Part shown: piece after piece, positions 9,986 through 18,752 of the stretch
Layout: each line of letters starts with the position of its first letter
Position numbering within the stretch: the stretch's first letter is position 1
Assembly: GCA_016699465.1 (NCBI GenBank)
Contig: CP064977.1
Span: 745,116 to 809,115 of the forward strand
Origin: Candidatus Campbellbacteria bacterium
GTDB lineage: Bacteria > Patescibacteriota > Minisyncoccia > Phycocordibacterales > EsbW-18
Reading direction: 5' to 3'
DNA: 64,000 bases
The notes under the pieces: model-generated
What the model was told of the DNA's origin: nothing
Databases searched by the model: none
The model's input: only the letters and a program-made list of their open reading frames with translations
Translations under genes and position numbers: made by a program

Positions 9986-10138
9986 ATGTTTGGATTAGGA
10001 ACAAAGGAAATTATAATTATTGCCGTTGTGTTGGTACTGCTTTTTGGATCGAAGAAAATTCCAGAGCTTACCCAGAGCATTGCGGATGCAATCCGACATC
10101 TTCTCGGTGCATTTAAAGATGAAGATACAAAAAAATAG
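9986..10138 (+). CDS. tatA: Twin-arginine translocase TatA/E family protein (copy 1)
   Basis: 50-aa MFGLGTKEIIIIAVVLVLLFGSKKIPEL...: N-terminal TM plus amphipathic helix. Canonical TatA F-G hinge. Confidence 0.8.
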   Translation: MFGLGTKEIIIIAVVLVLLFGSKKIPELTQSIADAIRHLLGAFKDEDTKK

Positions 10139-10173
10139 GGACTCGGTTTTTCTTTAGTAGGTAATGTATACAT

Positions 10174-10338
10174 ATGTTTGGATTAGGAACAAAAGAAATC
10201 ATAATTATTGCGGTGGTACTTGTTTTACTTTTTGGTGCGAAGAAAATACCCGAACTCGCAAAGAATATTGTTGATGCATTCAAAAATTTAACAGGAGCAT
10301 TCAAGGATGTGGATGATGGTGGTGAAAAGAAAAAATAG
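10174..10338 (+). CDS. tatA: Twin-arginine translocase TatA/E family protein (copy 2)
   Basis: 54-aa MFGLGTKEIIIIAVVLVLLFGAKKIPEL... Paralog of copy 1, diverged mostly at third codon positions. Confidence 0.8.
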   Translation: MFGLGTKEIIIIAVVLVLLFGAKKIPELAKNIVDAFKNLTGAFKDVDDGGEKKK

Positions 10339-10422
10339 TACGCCTTTTATTTTGTTTGGTTGATTTTGTATGCGTGTTGTATATAAACGCTATTATTTTT
10401 TTACAACACATACACACAGACG

Positions 10423-13400
10423 ATGAATCATTTTAAAAATACAAAATATCTTATTTTTAAAATAGTAGTTCTTTCCCTGTCTATATGTGCGTATACTGGT
10501 GCTGCATATGCATCAGAAATGTACACGTCAGGTGATACTGTTGTTGTTGGAGAATTTATTTACAACGATGACTATACTCCAACAACTGACGATTGTACGG
10601 TTACTATTTACCCACCAACGGGAAGTGTTACTCCGTTGGTAGAGGCAACAACAACAGATAATTCTACGGGGTGGCATTATTACGAATTCACTGCTCCGGC
10701 AACAGAGGGGAAATACCCTGCTTTTATAACATGCGGAACGCTTGCAGGGGGTGATTTACTAAAGGTTGATAAGACGTTTGTTGTTTCTAATACTGTAGTT
10801 ACGGCGTCATCTTCTCTTGGTGCAGCAATCGGTGCAAGTACTGCAAGTACAGCTAATTCTATTGCCACCGCATCCACCTCACTCGCTGCAGCAATTAGCG
10901 CAGGCACCGCAAGTACCGCCGATACTATTGCCACTGCATCCTCATCACTTGGTGCAGTTATTAATGCAAACACAAATACCCAGACAGCGGGTGTTATTTC
11001 TTCTGTAAATGCAAACACCGATATTCAAATAGCTACAGCATCTTCGTCAATCGTTTCGCAAGTTCTTTCGTCTCTGGCTCTTATTCCGGCAAATGTGTGG
11101 TCGTATTCAACGAGAACATTGTCTTCAATGGGCACACTTGTTGCTGATGTGTGGAGTTATGGTACGCGACGACTTACGGACGCTGTTCTTGATAGTGGGA
11201 CTCTTGCTTTGTTATCTGATATGGAAACCGCCTCCTCATCACTCGGCAGTGCCGTGGCTGCAGGAACCGCAGGTGTGAACGCACACACAGACAGTCAACT
11301 TGCCTCAACAATCACCACCATCAACGCACACACGGATGCAACTGTCCTCACCGCAACCACCTCACTCCTTGCCACACTCCCAACCGCAGTCTGGTCAAGT
11401 GCAACACGATCACTCACCACCTTCGGAACACTCGCAGCTGATGTGTGGACGAACGGTACACGCACCCTCACGTCAGGAGTCCTCACCGCAGGTGACGTCT
11501 GGTCATACGCAACACGTCGTCTCTCTGATGGCACACTCGATGCCGGAGCACTCGCTACCGTCTCTGATGTGGGTACCGCATCCACCTCACTCGCCGCAGC
11601 AATTAGCGCAGGCACTGCAAGTACCGCCGGCACCATCTCGACCGCTTCCTCATCACTCGGCAGTGCCGTGGCTGCAGGAACCGCAGGTGTGAACGCACAC
11701 ACAGACAGTCAACTTGCCTCAACAATCACCACCATCAACGCACACACGGATGCAACTGTCCTCACCGCAACCACCTCACTCCTTGCCACACTCCCAACCG
11801 CAGTCTGGTCAAGTGCAACACGATCACTCACCACCTTCGGAACACTCGCAGCTGATGTGTGGACGAACGGTACACGCACCCTCACGTCAGGAGTCCTCAC
11901 CGCAGGTGACGTCTGGTCATACGCAACACGTCGTCTCTCTGATGGCACACTCGATGCCGGAGCACTCGCTACCGTCTCTGATGTGGGTACCGCATCCACC
12001 TCACTCGCCGCAGCAATTAGCGCAGGCACTGCAAGTACCGCCGGCACCATCTCGACCGCTTCCTCATCACTCGGCAGTGCCGTGGCTGCAGGAACCGCAG
12101 GTGTGAACGCACACACAGACAGTCAACTTGCCTCAACAATCACCACCATCAACGCACACACGGATGCAACTGTCCTCACCGCAACCACCTCACTCCTTGC
12201 CACACTCCCAACCGCAGTCTGGTCAAGTGCAACACGATCACTCACCACCTTCGGAACACTCGCAGCTGATGTGTGGACGAACGGTACACGCACCCTCACG
12301 TCAGGAGTCCTCACCGCAGGTGACGTCTGGTCATACGCAACACGTCGTCTCTCTGATGGCACACTCGATGCCGGAGCACTCGCTACCGTCTCTGATGTGG
12401 GTACCGCATCCACCTCACTCGCCGCAGCAATTAGCGCAGGCACTGCAAGTACCGCCGGCACCATCTCGACCGCTTCCTCATCACTCGGCAGTGCCGTGGC
12501 TGCAGGAACCGCAGGTGTGAACGCACACACAGACAGTCAACTTGCCTCAACAATCACCACCATCAACGCACACACGGATGCAACTGTCCTCACCGCAACC
12601 ACCTCACTCCTTGCCACACTCCCAACAGCAGTCTGGTCAAGTGCAACACGATCACTCACCACCTTCGGAACACTCGCAGCTGATGTGTGGACGAACGGTA
12701 CACGCACCCTCACGTCAGGAGTCCTCACCGCAGGTGACGTCTGGTCATACGCAACACGTCGTCTCTCTGATGGCACACTCGATGCCGGAGCACTCGCTAC
12801 CGTCTCTGATGTGGGTACCGCATCCACCTCACTCGCCGCAGCAATTAGCGCAGGCACTGCAAGTACCGCCGGCACCATCTCGACCGCTTCCTCATCACTC
12901 GGCAGTGCCGTGGCTGCAGGAACCGCAGGTGTGAACGCACACACAGACAGTCAACTTGCCTCAACAATCACCACCATCAACGCACACACGGATGCAACTG
13001 TCCTCACCGCAACCACCTCACTCCTTGCCACACTCCCAACCGCAGTCTGGTCAAGTGCAACACGATCACTCACCACCTTCGGAACACTCGCAGCTGATGT
13101 GTGGACGAACGGTACACGCACCCTCACGTCAGGAGTCCTCACCGCAGGTGACGTCTGGTCATACGCAACACGTCGTCTCTCTGATGGCACACTCGATGCC
13201 GGAGCACTCGCTACCGTCTCTGATGTGGGTACCGCATCCACCTCACTCGCCGCAGCAATTAGCGCAGGCACTGCAAGTACCGCCGGCACCATCTCGACCG
13301 CTTCCTCATCACTCGGCAGTGCCGTGGCTGCAGGAACCGCAGGTGTGAACGCACACACAGACAGTCAACTTGCCTCAACAATCACCACCATCAACGCACA

Positions 13401-14457
13401 CACGGATGCAACTGTCCTCACCGCAACCACCTCACTCCTTGCCACACTCCCAACCGCAGTCTGGTCAAGTGCAACACGATCACTCACCACCTTCGGAACA
13501 CTCGCAGCTGATGTGTGGAATGCAGCAACACGAACTCTTACATCACTCACACTCTCGTCTCAGTCTCCGTGGACTGTGACAACATCGGATTTCGGGTCGG
13601 TTGTTGCTGGAGAAAATTACCTTGCTACGGTCACAACTATCTACAACGGAACACTTACAGACTCACAGAATGTACCAACGGTTACTATTTATGATCCAAG
13701 TAGAAATGTGGTTGTTAACAGCGCTGTGATGACTCGAGTAAGTGTTGGAACATATACGTATGTATACACCACTGCAGGAAATGCTGCAGCTGGAACATGG
13801 GAAAGTGTATTTTCAGCGACTGTAGAGACAGGAAAGACTTTACCAGGTAATGACTATTGGACAGTGGTGACGACACCTGCTCAGGTGGTGATAAATAGTA
13901 TGTCAGATGTAAGTACGCCGCTTGTTGGTGCAAATGTCACCATTACAAACGAAGGTTTGAGTGGAAATGAATACCAGTACGAGTGGTGTGTGGTTTCTTC
14001 TGTGGGTAATCCTTGTGGTGGTGGTGATGATATCTTTCACGCAACAGCTGCAAAATACATTAATGCAGGAGAAGATTTTAATACGACACTAACTGCAACT
14101 GTTCCGGCGGCAGGTAATTACTATTTCAAAGTGATTGTATACTTTGGTACTGAAAGTTCTGGTGCGTCACGTTCGTTTACCGCGACTTCCTCGGGCAACA
14201 CTGGTGGAGGAGGTGGCGGAGGAGGTGGAGGTGGGGGCGGAAGTGATACCACAACGTCGGTAACTCCTCTAGGTTCTTGTAAGCGTAGAGCGGACTTTAA
14301 CTGTGATACGAAGGTCAATTCGATAGATTTTTCGATACTCCTATATTTCTGGAAATCGATGTATCCATTTAAAAACCAAAATGTTGATATAAATAAAGAT
14401 ACAAGGGTAGATTCAGTTGATTTTTCAATTTTATTATACGAATGGGATAAAAAATAA
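10423..14457 (+). CDS. Giant secreted repeat protein with a C-terminal type-I-like dockerin (two DxNxDxxVNxxD segments)
   Basis: 1344 aa. Signal peptide (IVVLSLSICAYTGAAYA). N- and C-terminal Ig-like flanks (TVTIYPPTG / TVTIYDPS). A central array of 138-aa repeats with VW..TR.L sub-motifs. Gly13 linker. C-terminal DFNCDTKVNSIDFSILLYFW ... DINKDTRVDSVDFSILLYEW. Confidence 0.75.
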   Translation: MNHFKNTKYLIFKIVVLSLSICAYTGAAYASEMYTSGDTVVVGEFIYNDDYTPTTDDCTVTIYPPTGSVTPLVEATTTDNSTGWHYYEFTAPATEGKYPAFITCGTLAGGDLLKVDKTFVVSNTVVTASSSLGAAIGASTASTANSIATASTSLAAAISAGTASTADTIATASSSLGAVINANTNTQTAGVISSVNANTDIQIATASSSIVSQVLSSLALIPANVWSYSTRTLSSMGTLVADVWSYGTRRLTDAVLDSGTLALLSDMETASSSLGSAVAAGTAGVNAHTDSQLASTITTINAHTDATVLTATTSLLATLPTAVWSSATRSLTTFGTLAADVWTNGTRTLTSGVLTAGDVWSYATRRLSDGTLDAGALATVSDVGTASTSLAAAISAGTASTAGTISTASSSLGSAVAAGTAGVNAHTDSQLASTITTINAHTDATVLTATTSLLATLPTAVWSSATRSLTTFGTLAADVWTNGTRTLTSGVLTAGDVWSYATRRLSDGTLDAGALATVSDVGTASTSLAAAISAGTASTAGTISTASSSLGSAVAAGTAGVNAHTDSQLASTITTINAHTDATVLTATTSLLATLPTAVWSSATRSLTTFGTLAADVWTNGTRTLTSGVLTAGDVWSYATRRLSDGTLDAGALATVSDVGTASTSLAAAISAGTASTAGTISTASSSLGSAVAAGTAGVNAHTDSQLASTITTINAHTDATVLTATTSLLATLPTAVWSSATRSLTTFGTLAADVWTNGTRTLTSGVLTAGDVWSYATRRLSDGTLDAGALATVSDVGTASTSLAAAISAGTASTAGTISTASSSLGSAVAAGTAGVNAHTDSQLASTITTINAHTDATVLTATTSLLATLPTAVWSSATRSLTTFGTLAADVWTNGTRTLTSGVLTAGDVWSYATRRLSDGTLDAGALATVSDVGTASTSLAAAISAGTASTAGTISTASSSLGSAVAAGTAGVNAHTDSQLASTITTINAHTDATVLTATTSLLATLPTAVWSSATRSLTTFGTLAADVWNAATRTLTSLTLSSQSPWTVTTSDFGSVVAGENYLATVTTIYNGTLTDSQNVPTVTIYDPSRNVVVNSAVMTRVSVGTYTYVYTTAGNAAAGTWESVFSATVETGKTLPGNDYWTVVTTPAQVVINSMSDVSTPLVGANVTITNEGLSGNEYQYEWCVVSSVGNPCGGGDDIFHATAAKYINAGEDFNTTLTATVPAAGNYYFKVIVYFGTESSGASRSFTATSSGNTGGGGGGGGGGGGGSDTTTSVTPLGSCKRRADFNCDTKVNSIDFSILLYFWKSMYPFKNQNVDINKDTRVDSVDFSILLYEWDKK
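11230..13520. repeat. Tandem 414-bp coding repeat: 5 full copies plus a ~220-bp partial, with a divergent copy upstream at ~10800-11230
   Basis: Antisense and sense artefact ORFs recur with an exact 414-nt period. The copies are virtually identical; one C/A difference is visible near 12618. Confidence 0.85.
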
Positions 14458-14472
14458 TTACGTCACAAGAAT

Positions 14473-15381
14473 ATGAATATGAAAAAAAATATAATGTTTT
14501 GCTTTGTGCTCGCCGCACTTTTTCTCGTTATTCCAACAGGTGTCTCAGCGGCAACGGTATATGTTGAGGCATCTCAGGATACGGTTTCTGTTGGTGACAC
14601 GATTATCATTACTGTAAAAATCAATGCGGACGGCGGTGTTCTCAATACCGTTGATGGAATGATCTCACTACAACCTGCTACAGGAGTACTTGCGATACGT
14701 GAGTTTAGTCTTGCACAATCATCGTTTGGTTTGTGGCCAAGGACACCATCTCTTTCAAAAGATGCGCAGCACATCTCTTTTGTGGGGGGTGTACCGGGAG
14801 GATTCAGTATCGAAGGAGCAACGGTCTTTAAGATTATTGCAGAGGCTACAAAAGAAGGTGTGGTTACGGTTATTCCAGAAAATATCCAAACATTTGCCAG
14901 TGATGGAAAGGGGACTCTCGTTCCTTCATCTGTACGTGGTTTGACACTTGAAGTGGTACCAAAAAAGGATACAGGTGTATCTGATGAGTGGGGGACGCTT
15001 CTTTCTCGGGATACTACACCACCTGAAGATTTCATTGTTGTATTGGGACAGGACCAATCTCTTTTTGAAGGGAAAAAATTTGCTTTTTTTAGTGCCCTAG
15101 ATAATCAAACAGGTATTGATCACTATGAAGTGTCAGAAAACGGGGCACCGGCAGTACGAAGTGGAAGCACATACGTATTACAAAGTCAAAATGATGATGT
15201 ACGACTTTCTGTTGTTGCATATGACAAATCTGGAAATACAAAGACAGCGCTCTATCCAATAGAAACAAGAAATGGTTTTCCATGGATTTCTGTTGTTATT
15301 GGTATCATCGTGTTGTTTATTCTTCGAGAAATATACACCATGTGGAGACGCGCTAGAAAAAATGTTTCAAACGTTGTTTAG
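14473..15381 (+). CDS. Membrane-anchored cohesin-like domain protein (small scaffoldin/anchor)
   Basis: Signal peptide. ~140-aa region ATVYVEASQDTVSVGDTIIITVKINADGGVLNTVDGMISLQPATGVLAIREFSL...ATVFKIIAEATKEGVV fits the cohesin beta-sandwich sequence pattern. C-terminal TM (ISVVIGIIVLFIL) plus RRARK tail. Confidence 0.65.
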   Translation: MNMKKNIMFCFVLAALFLVIPTGVSAATVYVEASQDTVSVGDTIIITVKINADGGVLNTVDGMISLQPATGVLAIREFSLAQSSFGLWPRTPSLSKDAQHISFVGGVPGGFSIEGATVFKIIAEATKEGVVTVIPENIQTFASDGKGTLVPSSVRGLTLEVVPKKDTGVSDEWGTLLSRDTTPPEDFIVVLGQDQSLFEGKKFAFFSALDNQTGIDHYEVSENGAPAVRSGSTYVLQSQNDDVRLSVVAYDKSGNTKTALYPIETRNGFPWISVVIGIIVLFILREIYTMWRRARKNVSNVV

Positions 15382-17086
15382 AAAAAGGAATGTGTGGAGA
15401 GTGGTGCCGATACTGTTCTTTCTCGGTTTCTTTTCCTGTGCAATAAGAGTAGAAGCGGCATCATTGAATCTTATTCCTTCAGCAACAAAAGTTTCCGTGG
15501 GGAATATCGTTTCTGTTGGGGTCTATGTCGACACCGGAGGTAGGGCGATTAATAACGCCGAAGCTACCATCGAATTTCCTACAGACGTACTGGAGGTTAT
15601 CTCTGTAAGTAAAAAGCCATCCATTTTCACTCTCTGGGTTGAAGAACCAAGTTTCTCAAATTACACAGGAACAGTGAGTTTTAATGGTGGTGTAGCTAAT
15701 CCTGGTTTTACAGGTGAAAACGGATCAATTGCATCAATTACATTTCGTGCAAAGAAGGCTGGAAGTGCGTCGCTCCTTTTCTCGTCTTCTGCAGTACGAC
15801 AAAATGATGGTTTAGGTACAGATATTTTATCTGTAAAAAATGGTTCTAGTATCACGGTAGCGGGAATAGGAGAATCGACACCTCCGTCTGCGCAGGAGTT
15901 TGGCGGTGCTACTACACCTGCGCCCGTTATTACATCAGAAACACATCCTGATCAGGATGTCTGGTACGCATTAGATACGGCGACATTCAATTGGAAAATT
16001 CAAAAAGGGGTCACTTCGATTCAAACTCTTTTTGATACAAACGCACGAGCACTCCCGACAATTACCTATGACAGCTCGGTTACCCAAAAGACACTCAGTT
16101 CAATTTCTGATGGGGTTTTCTATTTTCACTTGAGGTATCTGAACACAAGTGGGTGGGGGCCAATAGCACACTATAAAGTCCGTGTAGATACTACAGCTCC
16201 ACGACCGTTCACGCCGACCGTTCGCCTTGAAGGTGATGTTGTGTACATGACACTGAATGCGGTTGATACCGTGTCAGGTATTCAAAAGTATGATATTCGT
16301 TTTGATAACGCTGAAGGTTTAAGTGTCGAAAAAACAGTACTGAAAAGTGCACTTGTGAACAACGAGTACGCGCTCCCAGCGCTTAATCAGGGAAATTATA
16401 CGGCGGTTGTGACGGCGTATGACAAGGCAGGTAATCACACGGAGGCGACTGTTTCTTTTGTGAGCCCCGTGGTGTCGGTGCCGAAAATTTCTCTGAGTAC
16501 ACGAGAGATCAATACGGGCGAATCTGTTGTGGTTACTGGAACATCAGAGTATATCGGTAAACAGGTTGAAGTGACCCTTGAATCAAACGGAAAAACAATT
16601 GCGACATCAACACAAACGATTGCTTCTGACGGCTCATTCTCCGTGACAACTCAAAAAATAAAAACAGCAGGGGTTGTAACTATTTTTGCCGAGAATATTC
16701 TATCGTCTACGGTACGAAGTCAGCCGTCGACAAAACTCTTCCTTACAGTTAATGAAACGATGGTCATTAAGGTGGCAACTCTCATCTTCTGGTTAATTGT
16801 TATTGCACTATTGATCAGTGTGCTTCTCATTGTTGCATACGTTGGGTGGCATCGATTCTTAGGCATACGAAAGAAAATGGATCAAGAATTGCAACGTACG
16901 GCAAAGAGTACTCACAAAGCAATGAACTCCTTGAAAGATGAACTCGATAAGCAACTAAAGGATTTAGAGCGAACAAAAGTTGATCGGGCCTTGAATGAGA
17001 AAGAGGAGCGTATCTTTAAGGATTTGCAGGATTCAGTTGATTCTATTGACGAATTTATTGAAAAAGACTTACAAAAAATGCTGTAG
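15362..17086 (+). CDS. Membrane-anchored cohesin-like domain protein with Ig-like domains and a cytoplasmic coiled-coil tail
   Basis: The tabulated ORF begins at 15272, but the in-frame ATG at 15362 gives a signal peptide (MFQTLFRKRNVWRVVPILFFLGFFSCAIRVEAAS). Cohesin-like segment ...ATIEFPTDVLEVISV...GSIASITFRAKKAGSASLLFS. TM at ~aa 505-530 followed by a charged coiled coil. Confidence 0.65.
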   Translation: MFQTLFRKRNVWRVVPILFFLGFFSCAIRVEAASLNLIPSATKVSVGNIVSVGVYVDTGGRAINNAEATIEFPTDVLEVISVSKKPSIFTLWVEEPSFSNYTGTVSFNGGVANPGFTGENGSIASITFRAKKAGSASLLFSSSAVRQNDGLGTDILSVKNGSSITVAGIGESTPPSAQEFGGATTPAPVITSETHPDQDVWYALDTATFNWKIQKGVTSIQTLFDTNARALPTITYDSSVTQKTLSSISDGVFYFHLRYLNTSGWGPIAHYKVRVDTTAPRPFTPTVRLEGDVVYMTLNAVDTVSGIQKYDIRFDNAEGLSVEKTVLKSALVNNEYALPALNQGNYTAVVTAYDKAGNHTEATVSFVSPVVSVPKISLSTREINTGESVVVTGTSEYIGKQVEVTLESNGKTIATSTQTIASDGSFSVTTQKIKTAGVVTIFAENILSSTVRSQPSTKLFLTVNETMVIKVATLIFWLIVIALLISVLLIVAYVGWHRFLGIRKKMDQELQRTAKSTHKAMNSLKDELDKQLKDLERTKVDRALNEKEERIFKDLQDSVDSIDEFIEKDLQKML

Positions 17087-17132
17087 TCTCTCAGTGGTGT
17101 TTTGTTTTTGTCTGTGATAACCTGCCTATACT

Positions 17133-17369
17133 ATGAGTATTTCAGGATTGTTGTTACAAAAACTTGCACGTAAACAGCTCGAAGGGTTGCCTCCTGAACA
17201 GCGAGATGTGTTTATGCGTATGCTCGAAAAAAATCCACAACTTTTTGTGACTATTGCACAAGAAGTCCAAGTTAAAATGACAAGCGGTATGGAGCAAATG
17301 GCGGCCGCCCAAACAGTTTTTGCATCACACGAAACTGAGTTGCGGGCTCTAATGCAGGATTCAAAATAA
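17133..17369 (+). CDS. Small hypothetical protein
   Basis: 78-aa ORF, helical, no recognisable motif. Confidence 0.35.
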   Translation: MSISGLLLQKLARKQLEGLPPEQRDVFMRMLEKNPQLFVTIAQEVQVKMTSGMEQMAAAQTVFASHETELRALMQDSK

Positions 17370-17450
17370 CGGCCTCACTTCTTACATAAGGGCCGCGAAA
17401 GGGTTTCTTCAGAGATTGCCATATAACCACCACCTTTTGCACAGTGTGGG

Positions 17451-17479
17451 TTGTTTGAGAGTGAATAAATTCGTATAAT
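17451..17479 (+). promoter_or_regulatory. Candidate sigma70 promoter (TTGTTT, 17 nt, TATAAT), possibly giving a leaderless transcript starting at ATG 17487
   Basis: -35 at 17451-56 and a perfect -10 at 17474-79. The -10 overlaps the tabulated ATG at 17478. A second in-frame ATG lies at 17487, ~8 nt after the -10. Confidence 0.35.
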
Positions 17480-18752
17480 GAGTTATATGGCCAAATCGAC
17501 GAAATTTATAGATATTTCTCCCCACAGAAGTATTATGACGAAAATTAGTCAGACGGGATATTCCATTCAGGAAGCTCTGGCTGAACTTATTGATAATTCA
17601 ATTGATGCACGAGTGCCGGAAAAGAAGTTGGTTGTTAAGGTAGACATAACAAATGATGAAATAATAATAAGTGATAACGGAAAGGGAATGACCGAGGAGC
17701 AAGCGGCAAAGGCTATTAGGCTCGGTTTTTCTGAGAAAAAGAGTCAGCTCGGTGAATTTGGTTTGGGGCTTAAAACATCCACATCGTTTTTAGGCAAGGG
17801 TTTTATGTTAATAACCACACCAGAGGACTCAAGTGAGGAATATATATTGGAGTACGACGAAGATCACTGGCTTGAGCATGGTGATTGGAATAAGTACCCC
17901 TTTATTATAAATAACGAAATTGATCCAGAAAAAAGCGGTACCACAGTAATAATAAAAAGATTGAAGGTAAACTTCTCAGAAAAACTTCTTAATGGTATTA
18001 AAGACGAGTTTGGTTTGAGGTTTGGACCCTTTATAAAAAATGAAGAATTGGAACTAATCTTCAATCAAGAAGTTTGTCAACCATTTGTTCCTGTGATACT
18101 GGATAATAAAAAAAATGAATTCACTTTTGAATTTGAAGGTGGTACGGCCAAGGGATGGTGGGGATACCAGTTGGTTGGGTTAAACAAAAGTTACTACGGA
18201 TTCCATACGTATCGTAGGGGTAGGTTGGTCACGACGTATGACAAAATGGGCCTAACTCCAAACCAGGATATAAAACAAATAATAGGAGATTTACATATAG
18301 AAGGAATACCCATAACACATGACAAAAAAGGTTGGCTCAAGTCCTCGGCTCAATTCAAAGATCTCGAGAGTAAGATGAGAGAATATTTTAAACCTTTTGA
18401 GAAAAAGCCAAAAAGAATATTGAGTGGTTATCCGGTCTCGGCAGGTAGGGTTAGAGGGACTGTTAAACTTATTAAAACTACCGCTCAACATATAGATATC
18501 CAGAAGGTCCTGGAGAACGTAAAACGAGGTGACATAATTGTCACAGAGATGACGCGTCCACAGTATTTGTTGGCCATCAGGCGTGCCGCGGGTATTATCA
18601 CCGATCTTGGTGGAAATCTTTGTCATGCGGCGATATTGTCAAGGGAGTTCAATATTCCATGTGTGGTTGGTACTCAGAATGCCACGTCACTTTTAGTGGA
18701 GGGTAAGACGGTTATATTAGATGGTAATGAGGGCTATATTTATGAAGATTGA
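17478..18752 (+). CDS. Fusion protein: N-terminal GHKL/Bergerat-fold ATPase domain plus C-terminal PEP-utilising-enzyme mobile (swivel His) domain
   Basis: N-terminus ALAELIDNSIDA...ISDNGKGM...GEFGLGLK (HATPase_c-type N, G1 and G2 boxes). C-terminus GTVKLI...GDIIVTEMTRPQYLLAIRRAAGIITDLGGNLCHAAILSREFNIPCVVGT matches the PEP-utilizers swivel domain with the conserved His. Confidence 0.7.
   Translation: MSYMAKSTKFIDISPHRSIMTKISQTGYSIQEALAELIDNSIDARVPEKKLVVKVDITNDEIIISDNGKGMTEEQAAKAIRLGFSEKKSQLGEFGLGLKTSTSFLGKGFMLITTPEDSSEEYILEYDEDHWLEHGDWNKYPFIINNEIDPEKSGTTVIIKRLKVNFSEKLLNGIKDEFGLRFGPFIKNEELELIFNQEVCQPFVPVILDNKKNEFTFEFEGGTAKGWWGYQLVGLNKSYYGFHTYRRGRLVTTYDKMGLTPNQDIKQIIGDLHIEGIPITHDKKGWLKSSAQFKDLESKMREYFKPFEKKPKRILSGYPVSAGRVRGTVKLIKTTAQHIDIQKVLENVKRGDIIVTEMTRPQYLLAIRRAAGIITDLGGNLCHAAILSREFNIPCVVGTQNATSLLVEGKTVILDGNEGYIYED

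Noticed and set aside
11295-13579. Series of 130-135-aa ORFs on both strands with exact 414-nt spacing (for example 11295..11702 minus and 11300..11692 plus)
   Set aside because: They lie entirely inside the 1344-aa gene's tandem repeats. They are stop-free alternative frames of an A/S/T-rich repeat and are periodic only because the DNA is. Their composition is not protein-like (poly-P/Q/H on the plus strand, low-complexity antisense).
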